Positions 8,023-16,022 of a DNA stretch of 64,000 bases are shown here, piece by piece (the first letter of the stretch is position 1; each line of letters starts with the position of its first letter). The DNA comes from Polyangiales bacterium (GTDB taxonomy: Bacteria > Myxococcota_A > Polyangia > Polyangiales > Polyangiaceae). A program made the position numbers and the translations under genes. A model generated the notes under the pieces. The model ran no database searches, was not told the origin of the DNA, and worked only from the letters and a program-made list of their open reading frames with translations. The stretch is taken from positions 128,001 to 192,000 of the forward strand of contig JBBRLQ010000004.1 of assembly GCA_038231275.1 (NCBI GenBank), read 5' to 3'.

Positions 8023-9519
8023 TCATTCGATGCAGGTCAGCTGCCCGTTGGCGCGCGCCAGGTGAAAGTCGGGCGCGGGGCAGGAGACCAGGCAACTGTT
8101 GCCCGTGCACTGCTTGTCGATCGTCCTCGGGACGGTGTACGCGCAGCCGCCGGCGCCGCAGGTCCACCGCACGAGCGTATCCGCGTCGACGCCGCTCCCC
8201 GAAGGGGACGCGAGCACGCACGCGCCGGTGAGGTTCACGAGGCCGGCGGCGCATTGGCCCGCGGCGGGGCAGACGCCGTCGTGGCGCGGGCTGCCGTCGG
8301 CGCACGGCGCCGTGCACGCGCCTCGGATGCTGTCGGGGACCAGCCCCGCCTCGCAAGTGAGCTCTCCACGCACGCGCTTCGGGCGACCCCCCGAGTCGGG
8401 GAGCTTCGGCTCGGCGTCGACCACGACGGCCTCGCGCGCCCAGGCTTTCACGGTCGCCTCGTGCATCCACGCGTACCCGCCGTCGCCCCACGACGGGCCC
8501 CAGCTGTTGTGGAGGAGGTAGTACGTCCCATGGGCGAAGCGCACGTAGCCCGCCACGACGACCGCGTGACCCGCGTCGAGACCCGCCTTCGTGTAGTGCG
8601 GAAGGTAACGCGCGCCGACCTTCCCCTTCGGCATGAACGCGTCGGGGAGGAGCAGCGTCAAGATGATGTCCTGCCCCGCGGCGAGCTTCGGCGTCAGCGT
8701 CGCCGCGTCGACGTCTGTCAGGTACTCGACGTGCGTGAGCGTCGCGACGAGCTTGGCTTCGACCTTGTGGCGGTGCGCCTCGCTGACCGGAAGGCCACAG
8801 CCCGCCGCAGGCGGCTTGCCCCTTCCGCCGACTGGGCACGAGATCCAGCCGTTCGCCTCGGTGACGTTCCACGGCCACTCCGCCTCGCCGCCCAGCGAGA
8901 GGCCGAGGTTGCTCACGATCGCGCTCTTCTCGAGCGGCGTCCTGTAACGCGACCAGAGCTGCATCGACGAGACTGCGCTCGCTTTGCCGATCCATCGGAG
9001 GAGCGCGTGATCGATGGCCGTCGCGATCGCGAACGCCGTGCACGCGGGGGAGCTCTTTTGATCGCGAACGGGACCTTCGGAGCCTTCGAGGCGATGATCG
9101 ACCACGGCAGGGAGCGGCGGCAGCGACGCGTGCATCTTGGCGTCAGGGACGATCACGACGGCGCCCGCCTCGCCAACGCCGAACAGGAGCGACGACTTCG
9201 TGCACATCAGCGGCACGAGGCCGGTGCCGCTCCACACGCTGCCGCACGGATGATCGTCGGGCTTACTCCCCGGCGGGGCGACGCCGGGCGCGTCGTGCGC
9301 GGCGAGCTCGGGAAGATCGGGCAGCGCCGGCGCGAGGAGATGCGGCGCGCGGAGGGGCGGCGGCGGGCGGGCGGCGGCGCGATCGACCGACGCAAGCGCA
9401 GCAGGCCCCGCGTCCTCGGGCGCAGCGAAGGGCGCAGTCTTGCACGACGCGGTCATCGCAACGACCAGAGCAGCAAGCGCGCGACGACGAAAGCACATGG
9501 GCGCCGCAGAGTGCGCCAT
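8023..9519 (-). CDS. C1 (papain-like) cysteine peptidase, probable lipoprotein, with Cys-rich C-terminus
   Basis: VRDQKSSPACTAFA (Gln/Cys), GHAVVVAGY (His), NSWGPSWGDGGY (Asn); signal ending MTASC. Start uncertain (9498-9588). Confidence 0.85.
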   Translation of the reverse strand: MAHSAAPMCFRRRALAALVVAMTASCKTAPFAAPEDAGPAALASVDRAAARPPPPLRAPHLLAPALPDLPELAAHDAPGVAPPGSKPDDHPCGSVWSGTGLVPLMCTKSSLLFGVGEAGAVVIVPDAKMHASLPPLPAVVDHRLEGSEGPVRDQKSSPACTAFAIATAIDHALLRWIGKASAVSSMQLWSRYRTPLEKSAIVSNLGLSLGGEAEWPWNVTEANGWISCPVGGRGKPPAAGCGLPVSEAHRHKVEAKLVATLTHVEYLTDVDAATLTPKLAAGQDIILTLLLPDAFMPKGKVGARYLPHYTKAGLDAGHAVVVAGYVRFAHGTYYLLHNSWGPSWGDGGYAWMHEATVKAWAREAVVVDAEPKLPDSGGRPKRVRGELTCEAGLVPDSIRGACTAPCADGSPRHDGVCPAAGQCAAGLVNLTGACVLASPSGSGVDADTLVRWTCGAGGCAYTVPRTIDKQCTGNSCLVSCPAPDFHLARANGQLTCIE

Positions 9520-9609
9520 CGAGAAGGGGCGACGCAACGGCAGAGGTGACGAACGCCCCCAAAGCGCCGTACCCTGATCGCCGGGCACCAGAAATGCCCG
9601 GGAGGATCC

Positions 9610-10302
9610 ATGAAACGAGTCCTGGCTGCGCTCGCGTTCCTTGGCACTGTTGGGCTCGCTCCGTCGATCGCGTTGGCGCAGGCTGCGACGCCCCTACCGC
9701 CCCCGCCGCCTCCGCCCCCCAGCGATCCGAGCACGGCGCCCGCCGTCGTTCCCGCGAAGCCGCCGCCGCCCGTCCAGTACCAGCCGACGGGCCAAGGCCA
9801 GGGTCAGGGTCAGGGTCAGGCGCAAGGAAACGGCGAGGAGAAGCAGATCCGAAAGGCCGAGAACGCCGTCTTCCTCGAGCTCGGCGACAACGGGCTCGTC
9901 TACTCGATCAACTACGAGCGCATTTTCGGCGACTCCGACTTCAGCGTGCGCGTCGGCCTCAGCTACATCTCACTCGGCGCGAGCAGCGGATCGGCGAGCT
10001 CGAAGGTCTCGATGCTCACGTTCCCCGTCCTCGCGAACTACTACGGCATCGGCAGCCGTGACCACAAGCTTCAGCTCGGCGCCGGCCTCACCTTCATCTC
10101 GCTCAGCGGCACGAGCTCCAACGACAGCTCGTTCGTCTCCGCGACCGGCTTCGTGCCCGCGCCGACGCTTGCCATCGGGTACCGGTACCTGCCGGCCAAA
10201 GGCGGCTTCACGTTCTTCATCGGCTTCACGCCGTTCATCATCCCGGGCGGCGGCAAGGTCCTCTTCCCGTGGGCCGGCATGAGCTTCGGCGGTGTGTTCT
10301 GA
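9610..10302 (+). CDS. Secreted protein, probable small outer-membrane beta-barrel
   Basis: GGAGG RBS; signal peptide; Pro-rich and QG linker; alternating beta-strands; C-terminal MSFGGVF ending in Phe. Confidence 0.7.
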   Translation: MKRVLAALAFLGTVGLAPSIALAQAATPLPPPPPPPPSDPSTAPAVVPAKPPPPVQYQPTGQGQGQGQGQAQGNGEEKQIRKAENAVFLELGDNGLVYSINYERIFGDSDFSVRVGLSYISLGASSGSASSKVSMLTFPVLANYYGIGSRDHKLQLGAGLTFISLSGTSSNDSSFVSATGFVPAPTLAIGYRYLPAKGGFTFFIGFTPFIIPGGGKVLFPWAGMSFGGVF

Positions 10303-10420
10303 ATCAGCGCGAAGGCGCCGATTCAGAAAACTTACTGCGTGTGGTGGGCCTGCGGCCCCTCCGTCGCCCGGCGACGGAGCCTCCCCGCCTTGCCTTCGGC
10401 AAAGCGCGCTTTGCGCGCGC
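10297..10420. repeat. REP-like multi-hairpin intergenic element, copy A
   Basis: TTCTGAATC..GCGC-GAAG-GCGC..GATTCAGAA, then TGGTGGG, GGGCC-TGC-GGCCC, CTCCGTCGC-CCG-GCGACGGAG, CCTCCCC, TTGCC-TTC-GGCAA. Same layout as 59182-59292. Confidence 0.75.
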
Positions 10421-10423
10421 TGA

Positions 10424-11629
10424 TCACGAGGCGGACAGGACGCTGTCGAGGAACCAGGTTCGCATTTCGCCTTTGCCTTTCACGGCGATCGTGCCGCGCT
10501 CGGTGAGATGGAAGTGTGCGGCGAGAAGGTCGCGGGTCGTTTCGGTGACTTGAATTTTGCCGGGCTCGCTGTGCGACTCCATGCGGCTCGCGGTGTTCAC
10601 GGTGTCGCCCCACAAATCGTAGGAGAATTTGCGGGTGCCGATGACGCCGGCGACGACGGGGCCGGAGTGGATGCCGATGCGGAGGCCGAGCTTCTCGCCG
10701 GCGACGGGCGGGCGGCGCTCCATGACCTCGCGCATCTCGAGGGCCATCTTCGCGACGGCCTCCGCGTGATCGTCGCGCGGCATTGGAAGGCCACCGACGA
10801 GCATGTACGCGTCGCCGATCGTTTTGATCTTCTCGAGGCCGTATTTCTCGGCGAGCGCGTCGAACTCCGAGAAGATCTCGTTCAGGAGGACGATGAGCTC
10901 GCCGGTCGGGATGCGCGCCGAGAGCTTCGTGAAGCCGACGAGATCGGCGAAGAGCACCGTGACGCCCGCGAACGAGTCGACGATCGTTGCGGCGCCATCC
11001 TTCAGGCGCGCGGCGATCGGCGCCGGCAGGACGTTGAGGAGGAGCTTCTCCGATCGGTCGCGCTCGTGCTCGGCGGCGCGCTCGGCACGGTCGGCGACGT
11101 TCGCGAACCAGATCACCACGCCGGTCTGGCCGACGAGCGCGCCGCACACGTTGGCCACCGCGAGGAGCGAGAGGGCCGCGTCACTCACCTCGACGACGGG
11201 GCGATGGCCCTGGCTGACGACGAACACGACGGGACCGAATACGAGCGGCAACGCGGTCGCGACGCGGCGATCCCACTGCTCCGTCGGATCGAACGCGAGG
11301 TAGGCGCCGCCCGCCATCACGACGAAATAGATCCAGTAGAGCGCGGCGGGGCCCCACACCCAGACCATGAGCGAGATGTGGCTCAGGATCTCCAGGTACG
11401 CGAGCCATCCGCCGATGCGCGAGCGGCCGCGGACGACGAGCCACGCGACGACGACGAAGACGAAGACGGCGGCGATCGACGCCATCGCCAGCGATGGATG
11501 GCCGAGCCATACGAAGCCGAGCGCCTGCACGAGGTGCCCGGAGCCGGCGATCAGCGCGACGGCGAGCCGAACCTGGTTCGACTTGCTCTGCGAGGGCAGC
11601 GACGCGAGGAGGCGCGATCGAGTGCTCAC
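10424..11629 (-). CDS. Membrane-bound class III adenylate cyclase
   Basis: About six TM segments, then VLFADLVGFT, KIKTIGDAYM, RIGIHSGPVVAGVIG, YDLWGDTVNTASRMES; ATP-specifying Lys/Asp and catalytic Asn/Arg present. Start approximate (GTG 11629). Confidence 0.9.
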   Translation of the reverse strand: MSTRSRLLASLPSQSKSNQVRLAVALIAGSGHLVQALGFVWLGHPSLAMASIAAVFVFVVVAWLVVRGRSRIGGWLAYLEILSHISLMVWVWGPAALYWIYFVVMAGGAYLAFDPTEQWDRRVATALPLVFGPVVFVVSQGHRPVVEVSDAALSLLAVANVCGALVGQTGVVIWFANVADRAERAAEHERDRSEKLLLNVLPAPIAARLKDGAATIVDSFAGVTVLFADLVGFTKLSARIPTGELIVLLNEIFSEFDALAEKYGLEKIKTIGDAYMLVGGLPMPRDDHAEAVAKMALEMREVMERRPPVAGEKLGLRIGIHSGPVVAGVIGTRKFSYDLWGDTVNTASRMESHSEPGKIQVTETTRDLLAAHFHLTERGTIAVKGKGEMRTWFLDSVLSAS

Positions 11630-11652
11630 GACGGGATCGCGCGAGCCGGCGA

Positions 11653-12516
11653 TCAGCGCCGCGCCATGAAGGCAGTCTGGAGCATCCCTTGGTCGTAGCC
11701 GGCAGGGACCGCGCCGCTGGTGGCCCACTGGTAGAGCACGGTCTTCCAGACGGTGCTGACGACGCCGAAGACCAAGCTGACCGCGAGGAGGCCCAGCACG
11801 CCGACGCCCACGAGCGCGAAGCCGCCGGCGGGCACCTGCTGCACGAGCGCGACGCCTCCGACGATGAGCGCGATGAACGGCAACGCGCACACGAACGACG
11901 CGAGCCCGACGCCGTAAAACCGAATGAGCGACTCGCCCCAGGTGCGCTTCAGCGTGGCGAGCGAGTCCTTGATCGCGTCGAACGGGCCGAGATCGCGGTA
12001 GACCATCGCCGGCACGACGAAAACCGTGGTGACGCTCCAGGCGGTGGCGAGGATGGCGCGCAAGATCATGAGGAGGATCTTGCCGACGAGCCCCGAGCGC
12101 TCGGCCATCGAGTCGAGCATGCGCAGGAGAATCCCGACGGTCGCGGACACGAGGCTCCAGCCGGCGATGAGGTGAATCCGCGAGAGCGCGAACTTGACGC
12201 TATCCATGAACGTCGCGTCGCCGCCCGAGAGGCGCACGCGCGTGGTGTAGACGACGCAGACGTTGAAGAACGTCGCGATGAAGGCGAGGCCGAAGTACGT
12301 CACGAAGAGCACGACGTACTGGAGCGGCCCGACGACCAGACGATCGCCGCCCGCCTGCTCGGCGAGGTTCAGCACGAACGTGGGGACGATCAGCGCCGCC
12401 GAGAAGATCAGCGAGAACAACCCCGCGAGAATGGGGAACCAGAGCATCTCCGAGTCCTTGCGGATGATGGAAAAGCTCGTTTGCGTGATCGACCAACTGC
12501 GACTCCAAGCACCCAT
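11653..12516 (-). CDS. DUF6159-like integral membrane protein
   Basis: SRSWSITQTSFSIIRKD and LKRTWGESLI; multiple TM segments. Confidence 0.7.
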   Translation of the reverse strand: MGAWSRSWSITQTSFSIIRKDSEMLWFPILAGLFSLIFSAALIVPTFVLNLAEQAGGDRLVVGPLQYVVLFVTYFGLAFIATFFNVCVVYTTRVRLSGGDATFMDSVKFALSRIHLIAGWSLVSATVGILLRMLDSMAERSGLVGKILLMILRAILATAWSVTTVFVVPAMVYRDLGPFDAIKDSLATLKRTWGESLIRFYGVGLASFVCALPFIALIVGGVALVQQVPAGGFALVGVGVLGLLAVSLVFGVVSTVWKTVLYQWATSGAVPAGYDQGMLQTAFMARR

Positions 12517-12531
12517 GCGATCGCCCCCTTT

Positions 12532-13728
12532 TCACCGACGCCGTTTTTGCTCTCTCACGCGCAGAATGTGGTTCCCCAGCGCCTCGACCTTCTTTTCCCA
12601 CGTCTCCGCGAGCATCGCTTGGCTGCGCTTCTTTCGCGCGCCGGGCGTGTCGGCGACGAGGGCCTTCTCGCAAAGCGCGAGGAGCTCGTCGTGCGTCCTG
12701 TAGACGCCGCAGCCGAGCGCGCCTTCTTTTTCGCCGAACTCGTAGTCCGCGTAGTGGCGCACTTCGGGGATGTCGCTCGAGACGACGGGGAGTCCCGCGC
12801 TGAAATACTCGCGCAGCTTGATCGGGTTTACGTTGCGCGTGAGCTCGTTCAGGCGGAACGGGATGAGGCCGATGTCGAACCGCTTCATGTACGGCGGCAG
12901 CTCGGCGTACGCCTTGCGGCCGAGCAGGCGGATGTTCGGCTTGTTCAAGTGCGAGACGTCGACGAGCGACTTGCCGATGACCACGAACGTCCAGTCCGGC
13001 TTCTTCTCGGCGAGGTACGCGATCGCGTCGGTGTCGACCCAGTCCTGGATGAGGCCGACGAAGCCGATGACCGGCCCCTTGATGTCACGAACCTCGGGGG
13101 CGAGCTCGGTCTTCGGATCGAGCGCCTGCGCGAAATGCGCGACGTCGACGCCGTGAGAGGCGAGGTGCGTCTCGGGGTTATACTGTTTTTTCCGCTCGAG
13201 CAGCGTCTTGGCGGTCGTGAAGACGATGTCCGCGCGCTCGCAGAGCTCCTTCTCCATCGCGACGATCTTCGGGCCGTCGACGTAGCTGAAGTGGCTCCAC
13301 TCGTCGGTGCAGTAGTAGACGACGAACGACTCGCCGAGCTTGCCGACGTATTTCACCGCGGTCGGGATGAAGCTCCAGAGCTGAAAGTCCTTCCCCATGC
13401 CGTATTTCTTGCGGAGCAGGCTCACCGAGCCGCGCAAAATCTGGCCGTTGGCGGTCGTCGCCGCGCGACTATGGGGAAACGGCAGGACGATCGGCGTGTA
13501 GACGTGAAGGCCCGCCTCGACGTCGATCGGCCCCTTCGCGAAGCCCTTCAGCTTCTTGGCGATCTTGCCGAGGTCGCGGCCGCTCTTGAAGTCGGGCGTG
13601 CGCGTCGAGATCGAGTTGAGCCAGACGACCTGGTTGTCCCGGCCCAGCATCTTCATCACGTGGTTGTTGCTCGTCGGGTCTTCGCTCCAGTCCTTCGCGA
13701 AGCAGACGATGCTCTCACCGTGCATCAT
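12532..13728 (-). CDS. Glycosyltransferase, GT4/TuaH-like
   Basis: VVYYCTDEWS, IGFVGLIQDWVD, FDIGLIPF...NPIKLREYFSAGLPVVSS. Confidence 0.9.
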   Translation of the reverse strand: MMHGESIVCFAKDWSEDPTSNNHVMKMLGRDNQVVWLNSISTRTPDFKSGRDLGKIAKKLKGFAKGPIDVEAGLHVYTPIVLPFPHSRAATTANGQILRGSVSLLRKKYGMGKDFQLWSFIPTAVKYVGKLGESFVVYYCTDEWSHFSYVDGPKIVAMEKELCERADIVFTTAKTLLERKKQYNPETHLASHGVDVAHFAQALDPKTELAPEVRDIKGPVIGFVGLIQDWVDTDAIAYLAEKKPDWTFVVIGKSLVDVSHLNKPNIRLLGRKAYAELPPYMKRFDIGLIPFRLNELTRNVNPIKLREYFSAGLPVVSSDIPEVRHYADYEFGEKEGALGCGVYRTHDELLALCEKALVADTPGARKKRSQAMLAETWEKKVEALGNHILRVREQKRRR

Positions 13729-14789
13729 GGGCGCGCGAGACTACCAAAGACGCCGCCGCCGATCTTCACTTTGGCTTCGGCGCGCTTCAGGGCTTGTTCC
13801 ACGAGGCGCCGCGCCTTGTGGCGGGCGAGGCCAGAGGGGTACTCGGCGGTGACCGCGCCGCGGGCGGCGGGCTTCTCGCGGCCGTCCTTGATCCGCGCGG
13901 CGAGGGCGCCGGCGGTGTCGACCTCGAAGAGATCGCTCCGTCGCGCGAGGAAGCGGCTGAGGCCGCGCAGGCGCAGCAGGTTGATCGAGTTGACGCGCCC
14001 GAGGCGCTCCATTGGATCGTCGATGTGGCAGAGCTCGAACGAGTGGGTCACGAGCATGACCTCGCCGATGCCGCGCGCGTGCGCCTCGAAGAGGTAGCGC
14101 TTGGTCTCCTCGAGCGACACCGCCGTGATCTGGAGGTGACGGAAGCCGCCGCCGACGTCCTTGAAGTTGGAGATCGGCACCTCCCAGACTCCCGGAACGG
14201 CTTCGAAGAGGCCTGGCGGGCTCCCGTCGAAACGCATCTTGCAGTTCTTGTCGAAGTAGCAAGGGTTGTAGTTGCTGGAGACGACGAGCCCGGCCTTCGC
14301 CATCGCGGCCCACGTCGCGTTGTTCGCGCCGAAATTCCCGGCGCGGAAGCTGAGGACGTCGCCCTTCGGCACGCCGCACGACTCGAGGATGTCGATGCCC
14401 TCGCGGAGGAGCTCCACTTGCCGCGCGTCGTCGTAGGCGCCGATGTCGTCCGGCGCCGGCGGCACACCGCGCGTGCGAAAATCGGCGACGCGCTGGACCG
14501 GGTGCGTGTGGAGCTGCACGTCGTGCCCACGTGCGAGCATCGCGCGGACCGCCTCTTCGAGCGCAGGCTTGCCGAAATGATGCGAGCCGAAGACCTCGGT
14601 GTAAAACGTCCCGCGGTGCCCCTGCGCCTCGAGCTCGCGCATGATGAGGCCGATGCCGAGATCGCGCTTCTGGTTCTTGAAACGCCCCCACACGCGCACG
14701 TCGTACCCCTGGGCGGGGATCTCGCGTCCGGCGATCGTTCGCTCCTCGGCGCACTCGGTGTCGATCGTGATGTAGACGCGGGTCCTCAT
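13725..14789 (-). CDS. Polysaccharide deacetylase family protein
   Basis: YITIDTE, GTFYTE, GHDVQLHTHP, SFRAGNF; lies between wecB and the glycosyltransferase. Start re-set to the ATG at 14789. Confidence 0.8.
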   Translation of the reverse strand: MRTRVYITIDTECAEERTIAGREIPAQGYDVRVWGRFKNQKRDLGIGLIMRELEAQGHRGTFYTEVFGSHHFGKPALEEAVRAMLARGHDVQLHTHPVQRVADFRTRGVPPAPDDIGAYDDARQVELLREGIDILESCGVPKGDVLSFRAGNFGANNATWAAMAKAGLVVSSNYNPCYFDKNCKMRFDGSPPGLFEAVPGVWEVPISNFKDVGGGFRHLQITAVSLEETKRYLFEAHARGIGEVMLVTHSFELCHIDDPMERLGRVNSINLLRLRGLSRFLARRSDLFEVDTAGALAARIKDGREKPAARGAVTAEYPSGLARHKARRLVEQALKRAEAKVKIGGGVFGSLARP

Positions 14790-14794
14790 TTCAC

Positions 14795-15931
14795 TCACGC
14801 GGCGAAGATACCGGTCAGGATCTCGTCGATGCGCTCGGCGCTCTTGCCGTCCCAGAAGCGCGGGATTTTGGGGGCGGCGGACGATTTCGCGCGGACGTTC
14901 GCGTAGGCGGCGAGGATGGCCTCGCGGCGCGTGCCGGCGAGGACGTTGGTGCCCTCCGAGATCGTGACCGGCCGCTCGGTGTTGTCGCGGAGCGTGATGC
15001 ACGGGACGCCCAGGACCGTCGTCTCCTCCTGGATGCCGCCGGAGTCGGTGAGGACGACCTTCGCGCTCGCGGTGAGCTTCAAGAAATCCATGTAGCCGAT
15101 CGGATCGGTGAGCTTCCACCGCGCCGGATCGAGCTGGATGCCGCTCGCCTGGAGGCGCCCGCGCGTGCGCGGATGGACCGGGAAGAGCACCGGCTGGTCC
15201 TTGGCGACGACGTCGATCGTGTCGAGCAGCGCCTTCAGCGCCTGCGTGTCGTCGACGTTGCTCGGGCGATGGAGCGTGAGGAGCGCGTAGCCCTTCTCTT
15301 TCACGCCCAGCTCCTCCAGGATTTTGCTCTTCATCGCCTGATCCTTGGCGGCGAGGAGCGTGTCGATCATCACGTTGCCGACGAAGAAGTAGCGGCTCTC
15401 GTGGACGCCCTCTTTTTTCAGGTTTTCCATGCCTGCGGGGTCCGACACGAAGAGCAGATCGCTGATCGAATCGGTCAGGATGCGGTTGATCTCTTCGGGC
15501 ATGTCCCAGTCGAAGCTGCGGAGGCCCGCCTCGACGTGGATCATGATCGGGCGACGCCGCTCGCCGAGCTTCGACGCGAAGGGCTTTTTCAAGGCGAATT
15601 TGGCGGTGACGATCGCGCAGCCGATCGTGGAGTTCACGTCGCCGACGACCAGGACCGCTTGAGGTTGCTCCTGCTCGAGGACCGGCTCGAAGCGCTTGAT
15701 GATTTCGGCGGTTTGGGCGGCGTGGGAGCCGGAGCCGACCTCCAGCTCGATGTCGGGGCGCGGGATCTTGAGGTCGTCGAAAAATACTTTCGAGAGCTTC
15801 TCGTCGTAGTGCTGGCCGGTGTGAACGAGCTTGGCGTCGAAGGCGGGGTTCTTGCGGAGGACCCGCATCAGCGGCGCGATCTTCATGAAGTTGGGCCGCG
15901 CGCCGGCCACGCAGAGGATCTTCGAGGACAT
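14795..15931 (-). CDS. wecB: UDP-N-acetylglucosamine 2-epimerase (non-hydrolysing)
   Basis: GARPNFMKIAP, HTGQHYD, HVEAGLRS..MPEEINR, TDSGGIQEET, RDNTERP. Confidence 0.95.
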   Translation of the reverse strand: MSSKILCVAGARPNFMKIAPLMRVLRKNPAFDAKLVHTGQHYDEKLSKVFFDDLKIPRPDIELEVGSGSHAAQTAEIIKRFEPVLEQEQPQAVLVVGDVNSTIGCAIVTAKFALKKPFASKLGERRRPIMIHVEAGLRSFDWDMPEEINRILTDSISDLLFVSDPAGMENLKKEGVHESRYFFVGNVMIDTLLAAKDQAMKSKILEELGVKEKGYALLTLHRPSNVDDTQALKALLDTIDVVAKDQPVLFPVHPRTRGRLQASGIQLDPARWKLTDPIGYMDFLKLTASAKVVLTDSGGIQEETTVLGVPCITLRDNTERPVTISEGTNVLAGTRREAILAAYANVRAKSSAAPKIPRFWDGKSAERIDEILTGIFAA

Positions 15932-15938
15932 GTGGGCG

Positions 15939-16014
15939 AGCTTACCCCGCCTGGACGGTCCATTTGACGCGTCTCATTTTCGTACGAGACGTTTTTGGGA
16001 GTTGCGGGTAAGCT
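15939..16014. promoter_or_regulatory. Divergent promoter region with two TAAGCT -10-like boxes and a central inverted repeat
   Basis: TAAGCT on minus (15939-15944), 7 nt from the wecB ATG; TAAGCT on plus (16009-16014), 8 nt from ATG 16023; CGTCTC-N10-GAGACG at 15970-15991. Confidence 0.55.
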
Positions 16015-16022
16015 TTCAATCC

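Noticed and set aside
6713..9043. 776-aa ORF suggesting a large fusion protein
   Set aside because: The upstream part is an off-frame overlap of the C1 peptidase gene; the lipoprotein signal begins near 7849-7897.
9799..9820. (CAGGGT)x3 tandem repeat as a phase-variation switch
   Set aside because: The unit is 6 bp and in frame, so it only changes the length of a Gln-Gly linker.
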